Of a stretch of DNA of 64,000 nucleotides, positions 18,763 through 27,907 are shown piece by piece (within the stretch, counting starts at the first letter, position 1; every line of letters starts with the position of its first letter). The stretch comes from a virus. A program made the translations under genes and the position numbers. The stretch is taken from IMG/VR virus record IMGVR_UViG_3300028615_000137, positions 42,350 through 106,349 of that record; one strand, written 5' to 3'. Below the pieces are notes generated by a model that ran no database searches, had not been told where the DNA came from, and was given only the letters and a program-made list of their open reading frames with translations.

Positions 18763-19766
18763 TGGCTACTGAACGCACAGCATTTTATACCGACTTACCA
18801 GGAGTCGAACAATCTCGAGTAGAAAATTTAAAAAATTATTCTGCTCCTGATGGCGATGCTGTATTATGTCTAGGCAGCGATCAAAAGGGACACCAAAGGC
18901 TGTTTAAAGTTGGTGATAGCATAAGCTATTCCCAAACTGCTGATAGAGATGCTTTAGAAAATATTGTAAAGATACAATCTCGAATCAGAGGTTCTTCAAA
19001 GCTACCGATTGTTTCTACAATCACAGAGCCGTTTAACTTAGTAAATGGTGACAATATAAACATATTACTCAATGATTCATTGATACCACAAAATGTAATT
19101 TTTTCTGACGGAAATTATGGTAGCCCCGCAGTTATATTATCAGCAAATTCCGAACCATTTACTACTGTACCGGGAGATAACCTAGTAATAGAAGTTAACG
19201 GAACTCCTAACGATATCATTTTTGGAGAAGCTGACGTTACTACTGCTGAAAATGTTGCAGATGTTATAAACGAACAAATTAGTGGAGCTTATGCGACGGT
19301 ATATGGTTCAAGTGGGAAAATTCGGCTCGTTACCAGTGCAAAAGGATCTAGTGAAACTTTAGAAATAACTGGCGGTACCGCTGCTGCAATTTTCAATTTC
19401 CCTGGTGGTGTAAACTCTGGTTCTGGTGATATTTCTTCGGCTTTGGCATACGAAGTTGTTCAACAGATAAACGAACAGACGACTGGCTTATTAGCCGAAA
19501 GTACAGACGAAGGTGAAATTGTAATAAATTCAAACAGGGTTGGTAGAAAGAACAAAGTAACGATTATAAGTGGAACAGCACAAAGCAAATTTAACTTTGT
19601 ACAACTAGCATGGAAGTTTACTCTATTTGCCGATTCGGTAGAACAATTTTCTATAACATTTGGCCCCGGTAGAGAAAAAGATTTGTTAGATCTTGGTTCA
19701 CATTTATCTAACATAGGGCCAAATTCTATTGAATTATCCTTTGAACTGAAGTTGGTGACGATATGA
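18762..19766 (+). CDS. putative tail-associated structural protein
   Basis: Contains 'EPF....GDNL.I..N...TAENVADVIN..ISGA' modules also seen in the sheath insert. Confidence 0.55.
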   Translation: MATERTAFYTDLPGVEQSRVENLKNYSAPDGDAVLCLGSDQKGHQRLFKVGDSISYSQTADRDALENIVKIQSRIRGSSKLPIVSTITEPFNLVNGDNINILLNDSLIPQNVIFSDGNYGSPAVILSANSEPFTTVPGDNLVIEVNGTPNDIIFGEADVTTAENVADVINEQISGAYATVYGSSGKIRLVTSAKGSSETLEITGGTAAAIFNFPGGVNSGSGDISSALAYEVVQQINEQTTGLLAESTDEGEIVINSNRVGRKNKVTIISGTAQSKFNFVQLAWKFTLFADSVEQFSITFGPGREKDLLDLGSHLSNIGPNSIELSFELKLVTI

Positions 19767-21058
19767 GTTTCTATCTAGAGTTACCATCCGTGTATGTCGA
19801 CGACTTGCAGTTTATGCAAGAAGCTACAGCCTTTTTACTACTCAATAGAATTCCGGAACCGACAGAGACGGACGTTGCTAGCGATTCTAGCATCAAATTT
19901 ACTATAGTAAATACAGATGCGACTGGAATAAGCAATCTCGATGTAGATACTTTCATAAATTCTGTTCAAGCTATAGATGATGGAAGCTTCATCAACGGCT
20001 ATTCTGGTTCATTTATTCAAATAGACCCAGATACACTTTCCGTGGAAATTTTCCCTCCGTCTAACTTCAATTCGTTAGAAGAAGTCGAAGTACAAGTTGT
20101 GCACGCAGGCAATCCCGTGCTTTTAGACGAAACTTATTCGTTTTTTGCAGAGGATTTATCTTCTCCAATAATAGACGAAGTAATTACTCGAGATCAAAAA
20201 ATAATAAGAGTATCGTTTAGCGAGACTCTGTCGATCGACAACATTTTTGACACATCCAATTATTCTATATTGAGAAGAGATGCAGATTTAAACAACTGCC
20301 CCGCTGTCAATCTATCTGTCGTCAACGTAGAACTGATAGAAGATAACGTAATCGAAATTGAAACTGATATCGTGATGACCCCTGACGGTCCCTATACTTT
20401 AGTCATTTCGAATATTACAGATATTTTCGATAATCCTATTATAGCTCCATTCAACAATTTCGATTTTCTTGGCTTTGTACCAGAAATTCCCGATGGAAGA
20501 TTCTTCGATTTATACAGGATGTTGCCTCAAAAGAATCGTGATGAAGATGCATCTTTAGATCTTTACCGATTCATAAAATGTCTACAAGAAATTACAAACT
20601 TAAATCTGACTTCTGTGGATAGATGGACAAACATTCTAGACCCAGATTTGGCCCCAGAAAATTATTTAGACGCAATGTTGGCGGATTTGGGTAACCCATT
20701 TGATTTTGAACTCGATGTTACTCAAAAGAGAAAATTGATCAAAATTCTGCTAGCCATCTATAAACAAAAAGGCACTGCTGTAGGCATAATAAACGTAATA
20801 CGTTTTTTCTTGGGCATCGAAGTAGAAATTGAGACCGCCACTGGAGAAGCCGTCTTGCTAGGCGAGGGAGTGTTAGGGGGTTCTGGAGTTGGGGAAGAAG
20901 GCGATTTCGTCTTAGGTGCGAGTATAGATTTTTTGAAATATTCTTTCATTGTGATTTCGCCTGTAACACTGGATGCTGGACAAGAAGAAATTTTGGACAA
21001 AATTGTAGACTACATGAAACCAGCTCATACACACCATATTGAGACACAACAACCATAA
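19763..21058 (+). CDS. baseplate/tail protein I-like (P2 gpI domain at C-terminus, Ig-like N-terminus)
   Basis: 'LDPD.APE.YL..MLADLG...YKQKGT..GI...IR.F...KPAHT'. Confidence 0.85.
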   Translation: MSFYLELPSVYVDDLQFMQEATAFLLLNRIPEPTETDVASDSSIKFTIVNTDATGISNLDVDTFINSVQAIDDGSFINGYSGSFIQIDPDTLSVEIFPPSNFNSLEEVEVQVVHAGNPVLLDETYSFFAEDLSSPIIDEVITRDQKIIRVSFSETLSIDNIFDTSNYSILRRDADLNNCPAVNLSVVNVELIEDNVIEIETDIVMTPDGPYTLVISNITDIFDNPIIAPFNNFDFLGFVPEIPDGRFFDLYRMLPQKNRDEDASLDLYRFIKCLQEITNLNLTSVDRWTNILDPDLAPENYLDAMLADLGNPFDFELDVTQKRKLIKILLAIYKQKGTAVGIINVIRFFLGIEVEIETATGEAVLLGEGVLGGSGVGEEGDFVLGASIDFLKYSFIVISPVTLDAGQEEILDKIVDYMKPAHTHHIETQQP

Positions 21059-21101
21059 AATGCGAAAATGTTGTAAAATATATAATATCTGGAGATATTA
21101 A

Positions 21102-23534
21102 ATGGCTGATAGGCGAGACTATTTTTACCTTCAAAAACTGACAGAAGCCGAATTAGATGCTGGTTTTGAAGGCGTTGAACAATCGATTTTCAATATTGCC
21201 AAGGATTATAGCCTGTATGGCATAACTTCCGGCTTAGAAGTATCTGAATCCGCCGTTCCCGCAATTACCGTAGATATTAATAATGGAGTTGCATATTCAA
21301 ATCTAGGAGAAAGAATTGAAATAGAAAGTCCATTGGCCGATGTTGATGTATCTCAAGACGATGGTGCTATTTCTACGGCCGTTTCTAGCCCTGGCAACGA
21401 AAAGTACATTTCCGTATTCCTAGAGTTTGATCGATTGCTGTCAGACCCCAGAACGGATGGTAACGGCTTTGTTGTATACCACATTAGAGAAGAATCTTAT
21501 CAAATTTCTATTGTACAAGGCTCTGAAGCCCCCCTTGGCACAGCGGGCAAACCTCCACTTGATAGTGATAAAGTATTATTAGCGGACGTCAGACTTATTT
21601 TCGGTCAAACAGAAATATTAGATGCCAATATCGACACGGACCGTCGACAATTTTCTGTCAATGTTGAATCTACAAACGGGTTACAAGTAAAAAGTGGCAA
21701 CGCTGAAGACGGCATTGCAGATGTCTTAGAAAAGTTAGATGAACATATTAATACTGTAGTATTGGGCGGCGCTCACCAAGCTTCTTCCGTACTTAAACAA
21801 GCCGGCCCTGGTTGGGCAGATGGTACTACCCAACCCGCAGATAATCTGGAAGATTGGATCAATAAGATGGTCCTAGATCTTACTTCCAGTGCCACTAAAA
21901 GGGGCATGGGTAAGATCACTTCGCCTGCAATGGCTAACTGGGCAGATGGCACGCCAATTCCGGCCAACAATGCTGCCGACCAACTGACTCAAATAATCAA
22001 CAATTTAAGATCTATTACAGGTTCTACCGGCAGTCATAAAATTGGCATTGATGCTCTAAATAATACTCATTTTACATTAGCGGCAGGCGACTTACATACA
22101 TTTTTAAACGATGCTTTAAACTCGATAGACTCAAACGTCGCTTTTATAGCAGATAATATTACATGGCCGGGTGTTCATGATTTTAATGGCAACGTAGATT
22201 TTAACTCGCTTACGGAAGTTACTTCTGGAGCAAAATTAGACATTTTATCCGGAGGAATTTTTGAAATTTCCGCAGGAGCACAAGGTAACATATTTGGCAA
22301 TGTCGATTATGAAAGCGGTTCTGTATTAAGTCTTAATAGTGGTTCTTCGTTCGAATGTATTTCGGAAGCAAGATTTCATACTTCTGTTAAATTCTTAGGG
22401 GGTGTAGACGTCGACTTTGATCCTGGTTCGGTAATCACATTCGAAAATGGTTCTGCTCTGGGGTTTACTTCCGGTTCTTCGACTGTTTTTGCTGCTGGTA
22501 GCAATTTGGATTTTGAAGGTGTCGCCAACTTCGAAAATGGAGCCACATTATTTTTCGATAGCGGTTCAAAATTAGACATGACAGGAGGATCCGAGTTAGA
22601 AATTTCTTCTGGCGCTCAATTTAGTTGCGATGGAAGTGCAGATTTCTCCTCTAACATAGATTTTGAAAGTGGAACAAACGCCGATTTCGAATCTGGTAGC
22701 TCGCTTGAGCTACTAGCAGGTAGCACCTTTTTTGCAAGAGATGGCGCAAACGTAACATTCCAAGGAACTACAAATTTTTCTAGCACTTCAGAAGCTGAGT
22801 TTCAATCTGGTTCAGTATTACATGTTCAATCGGGCTCGCTTTTAGATTGCGATGCTCAAGCTCAATTTAATGCGTTTGTTAAATTCTTAAACGGAGTTGA
22901 TGTAGATTTTGACTCTGGTTCTCAAACGAATTTCGAATCTGGTTCGAGTCTTGTCTTTGATGATGGCTCCGGTGTAAAGAGTTTGACAACCGTGGATTTC
23001 CGAAATGGATCTTCATTTCTCCAATATATACCATTGCTTATCGGACAATCGGAAACAGACGGAGTTACTGGCGATGCTCGACATGGTATATTATTTTTTA
23101 CTGATACCGGCGAGCCAACAGACTATTTGCCCAACAAACTTTATAGATACAATGTTCCAAAAGCTTGGTGTTATATCGACAACCGCTTACAAGGTTCCGG
23201 AGGAAGCGCAATTTTAAGAGAATCGTTCGGCATTGATTCGATTGTCAGTTCGGGACCCAGCAACTATGTTACTGTCAACTTCAAATCTGGGCTATCCTTT
23301 CCAGATGTGCAAAGTTATGCTGTAGCAGCTTGCGTTGATTGCGGTTTAGACATCAACAACTTGGATGATGTGAATTTTCCGGCTTCTATCAAGATAAAAA
23401 GAAATACAGTAAGTCCATTCGGATTTACTTTCGCTTGGATCGACCAAAACGGTAATGATTACAATATAGGCGTAGAAGGCGGCACTGCAAACGATTATGT
23501 TGGTGCAAGTTTTGTTATTTTCGGCGACGGTTAA
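21102..23534 (+). CDS. tail fibre / receptor-binding protein with beta-helix-like repeats
   Basis: N-terminal 'RRDYFYLQKLTEAELD...GITSGLEV...G.AY...GERI' anchor; long F/G/S-rich repeat region ('DFESGS'). Confidence 0.8.
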   Translation: MADRRDYFYLQKLTEAELDAGFEGVEQSIFNIAKDYSLYGITSGLEVSESAVPAITVDINNGVAYSNLGERIEIESPLADVDVSQDDGAISTAVSSPGNEKYISVFLEFDRLLSDPRTDGNGFVVYHIREESYQISIVQGSEAPLGTAGKPPLDSDKVLLADVRLIFGQTEILDANIDTDRRQFSVNVESTNGLQVKSGNAEDGIADVLEKLDEHINTVVLGGAHQASSVLKQAGPGWADGTTQPADNLEDWINKMVLDLTSSATKRGMGKITSPAMANWADGTPIPANNAADQLTQIINNLRSITGSTGSHKIGIDALNNTHFTLAAGDLHTFLNDALNSIDSNVAFIADNITWPGVHDFNGNVDFNSLTEVTSGAKLDILSGGIFEISAGAQGNIFGNVDYESGSVLSLNSGSSFECISEARFHTSVKFLGGVDVDFDPGSVITFENGSALGFTSGSSTVFAAGSNLDFEGVANFENGATLFFDSGSKLDMTGGSELEISSGAQFSCDGSADFSSNIDFESGTNADFESGSSLELLAGSTFFARDGANVTFQGTTNFSSTSEAEFQSGSVLHVQSGSLLDCDAQAQFNAFVKFLNGVDVDFDSGSQTNFESGSSLVFDDGSGVKSLTTVDFRNGSSFLQYIPLLIGQSETDGVTGDARHGILFFTDTGEPTDYLPNKLYRYNVPKAWCYIDNRLQGSGGSAILRESFGIDSIVSSGPSNYVTVNFKSGLSFPDVQSYAVAACVDCGLDINNLDDVNFPASIKIKRNTVSPFGFTFAWIDQNGNDYNIGVEGGTANDYVGASFVIFGDG

Positions 23535-23539
23535 AAAAC

Positions 23540-23941
23540 ATGATAATAAAGAATATAAAATATAAACACCCAAACGATTCTTTTGATATTCAAAATGAAG
23601 TTACTGTTGACGATTTGACCATTTCTGTAGCTAGCGGGAGTTTCAAATCTAATGGTAATGTTTACAATTTAACTCAAAATTATGATTTTGTAGTTTCAAA
23701 TCGCCCTGAATATACTATGCTATATGGTTATTTGGTGGACGATGCGGGGACAATCGAATTACTAGTCGATGAAATTGTCTTCGATGGCTCGCCAGAAGTT
23801 TGGTATAACTGGTCTGGTGGTGAAATACCACTTCATCAAATTTTTACTGCAAAAATTCCAGAAAATTCTAATAACTTGGACAACGCAGAATTGTGGGTAT
23901 ATCACATGATACCAGGTCCACAACCGCTGGAGAACTCATAA
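23540..23941 (+). CDS. hypothetical protein (possible fibre-associated protein)
   Basis: 133-aa ORF directly after the fibre gene. Confidence 0.5.
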   Translation: MIIKNIKYKHPNDSFDIQNEVTVDDLTISVASGSFKSNGNVYNLTQNYDFVVSNRPEYTMLYGYLVDDAGTIELLVDEIVFDGSPEVWYNWSGGEIPLHQIFTAKIPENSNNLDNAELWVYHMIPGPQPLENS

Positions 23942-24135
23942 TGGCACTTGCAAAAAATGTTGGAAATCATAGTTCTAAAGCCGCAATAAAAGAAAGAAAA
24001 AACCGAGAAGCAACCCGCAAAGATTTGATAAATTCGTCTAACACGTGGGAAAATTTGAACAAGAAACAAAAAGATTTGCTTCTTAAACACCTTGCTGTAA
24101 AGGCAGGTTTGATTTCAGATAGCGAGGAACAATAA
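23941..24135 (+). CDS. small hypothetical protein (MALAKNVG...)
   Basis: ATG 23941 coupled to the upstream stop, GGAG RBS. Confidence 0.55.
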   Translation: MALAKNVGNHSSKAAIKERKNREATRKDLINSSNTWENLNKKQKDLLLKHLAVKAGLISDSEEQ

Positions 24136-24386
24136 TGAGTTATCTATTATTTTTTTGTCCCTTGGTGATTGCTTTGTTGATTCTAGTTTTTCGCCTTGGA
24201 AGTGCGCAGGAAAACACAATAACCGATAAAGAACACAGCACAACAACCGAAGATGTCAAATCAAAAAAAGTCGTAAAGAATTGTAAAATACATAATTTTG
24301 CTTCTGCCGCAGAAGCAAAAAAGCAATTAGAATTGTCTAAAAAAGAATTGCATCGAATAAGTATCGATATGCAAAATGTCAAATAA
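24135..24386 (+). CDS. small membrane-anchored protein
   Basis: Hydrophobic N-terminal segment. Confidence 0.5.
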   Translation: MSYLLFFCPLVIALLILVFRLGSAQENTITDKEHSTTTEDVKSKKVVKNCKIHNFASAAEAKKQLELSKKELHRISIDMQNVK

Positions 24387-24663
24387 TTTTGTTACAAATT
24401 CTGAAATCGATAGAATAATTGCTCAGTTTCAAAAGACAACCGACGCATTGACAGATTTAGTCGAACGAAACGAAGAGAAAACGAACAAGCTGTTCACTCA
24501 AGTTGCCGTATTAGAAACGACTTTAAACGAAGTAAAAGAGCATCATATAACACTACAAAAAATAAATGCCCAAAATAGAGCTACCAAATGGGGATTGATA
24601 GCTGCAATTATTGCAGCTATACTCGGTGGTCTGTTTTCAATGTTACAAGGATTAATATTTTGA
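24376..24663 (+). CDS. holin-like / XhlA-like membrane protein
   Basis: Coiled coil plus C-terminal TM helix 'WGLIAAIIAAILGGLFSML', at the usual start of a lysis cassette. Confidence 0.5.
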   Translation: MSNNFVTNSEIDRIIAQFQKTTDALTDLVERNEEKTNKLFTQVAVLETTLNEVKEHHITLQKINAQNRATKWGLIAAIIAAILGGLFSMLQGLIF

Positions 24664-25436
24664 GACTAATACCAGATACAGAAACTACTCTGATTTTTAT
24701 TCCCAATAAAAATCACACGAAAAGAGATTATAGCGCTGTGTTTAAGCCGGAAGCCGAAAGGTTCTGCGATTTTTGGGATATTGATAAAGATGAATGCATT
24801 CATCAATTTGATATTAGTAAGAAATATAAGGATAGGGCCGAAGATGTTTACAATGTGATAGACAATCACAGAGCCCCTTTAAACAATTTGGTTTTCTTCT
24901 GCCACGGTTTCCCTAATGGCATTCAGTGCGGCATAAAGACCAAAGATCTAGATCGTTTTGTTGAGTCAATTTGGCAAACTCCCTTTGGTCATACAGCTGA
25001 CGAAATAAATGTGATTCTCTATTGTTGCTCTACTGGCGATACACCCGGTACACCCGCCGCTAACGAACGGCGCGATGGACCTGGTATGGGCGACAATAGC
25101 TTTGCTGATAAATTCAGGGACAAACTTTGCGAGTATGGCTTTACCTTTTGTACCGTATGGGGCCATACAACAGTCGGACATTCTACTAGAAATCCTTATA
25201 TGAGAGTGTTTTACGGAGAAGGTTCACCGGAAGGTGGCTCCGGGGGCAGATTCCCCGTATCCCCAAATTCCAGTCTTTGGAAAGAGTGGAAGAAAGCTCT
25301 TTGGTCAAGAGGAGAATGGAAAAGTTCTGAATATAATAGAAAAAATTTCCGCTTTGCCTTTCCATATCTAGGTTTTGACGGTTTCGCTGGACCAATTCAC
25401 GAAAGTCTTATTGACAAGCAAGTAATCATAACTTAA
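24660..25436 (+). CDS. putative clan CD (caspase/CPD/DUF4347-like) cysteine peptidase, candidate lysin
   Basis: 'LVFFCHG' and 'VILYCCSTG' His-Gly/Cys dyad after beta-strands; TTG start overlapping the upstream TGA with AAGGA RBS. Confidence 0.5.
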   Translation: MRLIPDTETTLIFIPNKNHTKRDYSAVFKPEAERFCDFWDIDKDECIHQFDISKKYKDRAEDVYNVIDNHRAPLNNLVFFCHGFPNGIQCGIKTKDLDRFVESIWQTPFGHTADEINVILYCCSTGDTPGTPAANERRDGPGMGDNSFADKFRDKLCEYGFTFCTVWGHTTVGHSTRNPYMRVFYGEGSPEGGSGGRFPVSPNSSLWKEWKKALWSRGEWKSSEYNRKNFRFAFPYLGFDGFAGPIHESLIDKQVIIT

Positions 25437-25462
25437 ATTATTTCGTGGGCTTGTGCATGGTT

Positions 25463-25502
25463 AGAACCCCCTTCTAGTAGTCGAAGAAGGGGGTTCTTTT
25501 TT
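25463..25502 (+). terminator. rho-independent terminator
   Basis: AGAACCCCCTTCT-9nt-AGAAGGGGGTTCT followed by a T run. Confidence 0.85.
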
Positions 25503-25562
25503 GTTTAAATTCTTGATTTTACCGTATAATAAATAGATAACAAATTATCAAGGATTTGAAAA

Positions 25563-25952
25563 ATGAGTGAATTTTTAGCCATAATCGAAGATGCCATTTC
25601 TTTAGGTGAATTGCTGATCCCTTATTGGTCTTTCATAGCAGTAACAATTGTGCTAGCTTACTTAGGCCAATGGATTAAAAAATATGTCTGGAACGAAGAA
25701 AATGCTAGTAAACCTGGATTTTGGGGATGCATTGCTCGCTACGGCAGAGTCAGTTATGCGATTCATCCGCTCATTCTTGGTTGGTCTATGGGTTTTATCA
25801 GCAACCTTAGTGTTCCAGATTGGGTTGGCACTTCTGGCCGTCATTGGTACTTCGCTTTGGCCGGAATCGTTAGTGCGTATTTGTATTCAGTTGTGCGCAC
25901 TTATGTTAAGCGTGCTTATGAATACGATCTGAAACTTCCATTTGTTAGGTAA
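25563..25952 (+). CDS. putative holin (about 3 TM helices)
   Basis: Three hydrophobic segments, basic C-terminus, lysis-cluster position. Confidence 0.55.
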   Translation: MSEFLAIIEDAISLGELLIPYWSFIAVTIVLAYLGQWIKKYVWNEENASKPGFWGCIARYGRVSYAIHPLILGWSMGFISNLSVPDWVGTSGRHWYFALAGIVSAYLYSVVRTYVKRAYEYDLKLPFVR

Positions 25953-25955
25953 ATT

Positions 25956-26210
25956 ATGTTTTTAGACGACGATCTTAGAGAACCAAAACTAATACTTGTC
26001 AAGCTGTCAAAACAATTTGGTAAGTATTTATGTTGGTCGAAAGATCTAAATGGTATAGCTTCTATAGAACCTACGAAAAAAGATGCTATAGATAAATTTT
26101 GTAAAGATGCCGAAGAATGTTATGGCGATAAATATCAAATGATATTCGCTTTGCCGATGAAACCAATAGTCGTTCCTAGTTGGGATCCACAAAAAACTTA
26201 TTTGCACTGA
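25956..26210 (+). CDS. HicB-like small protein
   Basis: 'YLCWSKDLNGIASIEPTKKDAIDKF' resembles the HicB 'Y.a..PdL.Gc.t.g.T.eeA' motif. Confidence 0.4.
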   Translation: MFLDDDLREPKLILVKLSKQFGKYLCWSKDLNGIASIEPTKKDAIDKFCKDAEECYGDKYQMIFALPMKPIVVPSWDPQKTYLH

Positions 26211-26219
26211 GAATTTAAT

Positions 26220-26546
26220 ATGTTTAAATGGTTAAAAGAAAATATTACAAAAATTCTAGGTTCTATAATAGCTATAGCCGTCGGTCTATTTTTTTGGAAT
26301 AGGCATAAAGACAAAGTCGGTTCTTTGAAGGACGCTTTGGCAGTCAAGGAAGCTGTATCTGAAGTTAAAAAATTAAAAGCAACTAGAAGTGCGATAAAAG
26401 AACAAAAACTTTTTCACAGAATTGTGAAAAACAAAATAATTCAAAGAGAAGAAAAAATTAAAAAAGAAGCTGCTACAAAATTGAAGAATGTTGAAAAAAT
26501 GAAGCCTTCAGAACTATCTAAAGCTTTTACCGATTTGGGTTTCTAA
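26220..26546 (+). CDS. putative i-spanin-like protein
   Basis: N-terminal TM helix followed by a basic coiled coil. Confidence 0.45.
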   Translation: MFKWLKENITKILGSIIAIAVGLFFWNRHKDKVGSLKDALAVKEAVSEVKKLKATRSAIKEQKLFHRIVKNKIIQREEKIKKEAATKLKNVEKMKPSELSKAFTDLGF

Positions 26547-26800
26547 TGTTTAAAGAACTGGGTCAACAAATAAGTAATTTGTTGAGGCAACTATCCTTTG
26601 AAGTAGAATATTTAGAGAATAGGATTGAAACATTAGAAAAAGAAAATTGCGAACTCAGGAGTCTATTGTATGAAAAAGATGTTCAACAAATCGAAGAAAA
26701 TACTTGCAGTTGTCAGTATGTGTTTGGTGATATTACTAACATCCCCTGTAGCAGCCCAAAGTGTAAACTGCGAGTTGCCAAGAACTACTGGAGTACCTAA
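26546..26800 (+). CDS. hypothetical coiled-coil protein
   Basis: ATG coupled to the upstream stop; 3' half overlaps the next ORF. Confidence 0.4.
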   Translation: MFKELGQQISNLLRQLSFEVEYLENRIETLEKENCELRSLLYEKDVQQIEENTCSCQYVFGDITNIPCSSPKCKLRVAKNYWST

Positions 26801-27137
26801 AAACATCCAATTGGAATATCAGGGAACTGACGGGATTTGGTTTCGTCATGATGTAGCTAAATGTATGTTGCTACAGCTAACTGACTATCAATACAAGAAC
26901 AAGCAATATGCATTGATTCAAGAACGACTAAGGATTAATAAAAAAGAACTTGCTTTAACGGAAAAAGAATTAAATATTTCACAAACTGAAACTTTAATTC
27001 TTGAAAAGAATATTGAAGCTGCTATAAGAGGAAAGCGAGAAGCAGAAGAAGAAATGGATTCGTGGTATAGACATCCTGCGCTTTGGATTGCTACTGGCAT
27101 AGTAGGTACTGCATTAACAATTTATCTGGTAAAATAA
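26670..27137 (+). CDS. exported coiled-coil protein with C-terminal TM (possible spanin partner)
   Basis: Signal peptide ending 'SPVAA', coiled coil, C-terminal 'WYRHPALWIATGIVGTALTIYL'. Confidence 0.5.
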   Translation: MKKMFNKSKKILAVVSMCLVILLTSPVAAQSVNCELPRTTGVPKNIQLEYQGTDGIWFRHDVAKCMLLQLTDYQYKNKQYALIQERLRINKKELALTEKELNISQTETLILEKNIEAAIRGKREAEEEMDSWYRHPALWIATGIVGTALTIYLVK

Positions 27138-27200
27138 TGACGAAATTAGAAATAATATTAGAAGGTGCTAAACGATGCTGTCGAGGGGAAGGGCTAGACG

Positions 27201-27371
27201 ATGAAGAAAAAGGATACCGAGCAAGCGAAGCAGTTCTGGGCACTCGCCGAAAAGACCGCAGAGCTCGTTGAAGAGTGGCCTGCATGGAAGCGCCGGTTTG
27301 CGAGCGGAAGCGCAACGAAGACCGTGATAACGAAGAAGTCCATCAAGACCACGAAGCCCGAACCGAGCTGA
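27201..27371 (+). CDS. small hypothetical protein (MKKKDTEQAKQFWALAEKTAELVEEWPAWKRR..., 56 aa)
   Basis: Read manually; GAGGGGAAGGG RBS, ATG 27201, TGA 27369-27371; absent from the ORF track. Confidence 0.6.
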   Translation: MKKKDTEQAKQFWALAEKTAELVEEWPAWKRRFASGSATKTVITKKSIKTTKPEPS

Positions 27372-27449
27372 GTGCGAGCGACGGCGCCAACGATGTTACG
27401 TTAGCAATTTTTGTAATTAGTATAATAATTTATAGTTTTTGGAGTTTGT

Positions 27450-27848
27450 ATGAAATTTAAAGATTTAGATATTTTTCAAGAAGAAATACATCAACTAGCT
27501 AAAGAAAAAGGCTGGTGGAAAGATGCAGACGAATGCAATGAATGTGGCGCTTGTGGCTATTGTGATCCACGTAAGACTGGAAATGAAATTGCTCACATTC
27601 TAGCTAAATTGGCACTCATTCATTCTGAAGTCAGTGAAGCTATAGAAGCTGTTAGAATAGACGGAGATATTATTTTACCTTATAAAGAAAATGGCAAACC
27701 GGAAGGTGCCGCTATTGAATTGGCGGATGCTGTTATTCGCATTTTAGATCTGTTAGAGAGGCATGCAATTAAGCTTTCCTACTGTATGAGACTGAAGCAT
27801 GAATACAATAAGGAAAGATCTTACAAACACGGTAATAAATATATTTGA
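27450..27848 (+). CDS. MazG-like NTP pyrophosphohydrolase
   Basis: 'KGWW...KLALIHSEVSEAIEA...ELADAVIRILDL...K..YN..R.YKHG'. Confidence 0.88.
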   Translation: MKFKDLDIFQEEIHQLAKEKGWWKDADECNECGACGYCDPRKTGNEIAHILAKLALIHSEVSEAIEAVRIDGDIILPYKENGKPEGAAIELADAVIRILDLLERHAIKLSYCMRLKHEYNKERSYKHGNKYI

Positions 27849-27907
27849 CTAATACTCTCTGTTCCTGAGATCATTGTAAGACAAGGGGATTAAGAGAGTA
27901 TTTTTCC

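Noticed and set aside
4488-23534. Stand-alone contractile injection system (eCIS/tailocin)
   Set aside because: Head-tail adaptor/neck genes, terminase, replication genes and tRNAs show it is a phage tail
27083-27460. Track ORFs 27083-27271 and 27275-27460
   Set aside because: They overlap the better-supported 27201-27371 gene, which has an RBS and a coherent motif
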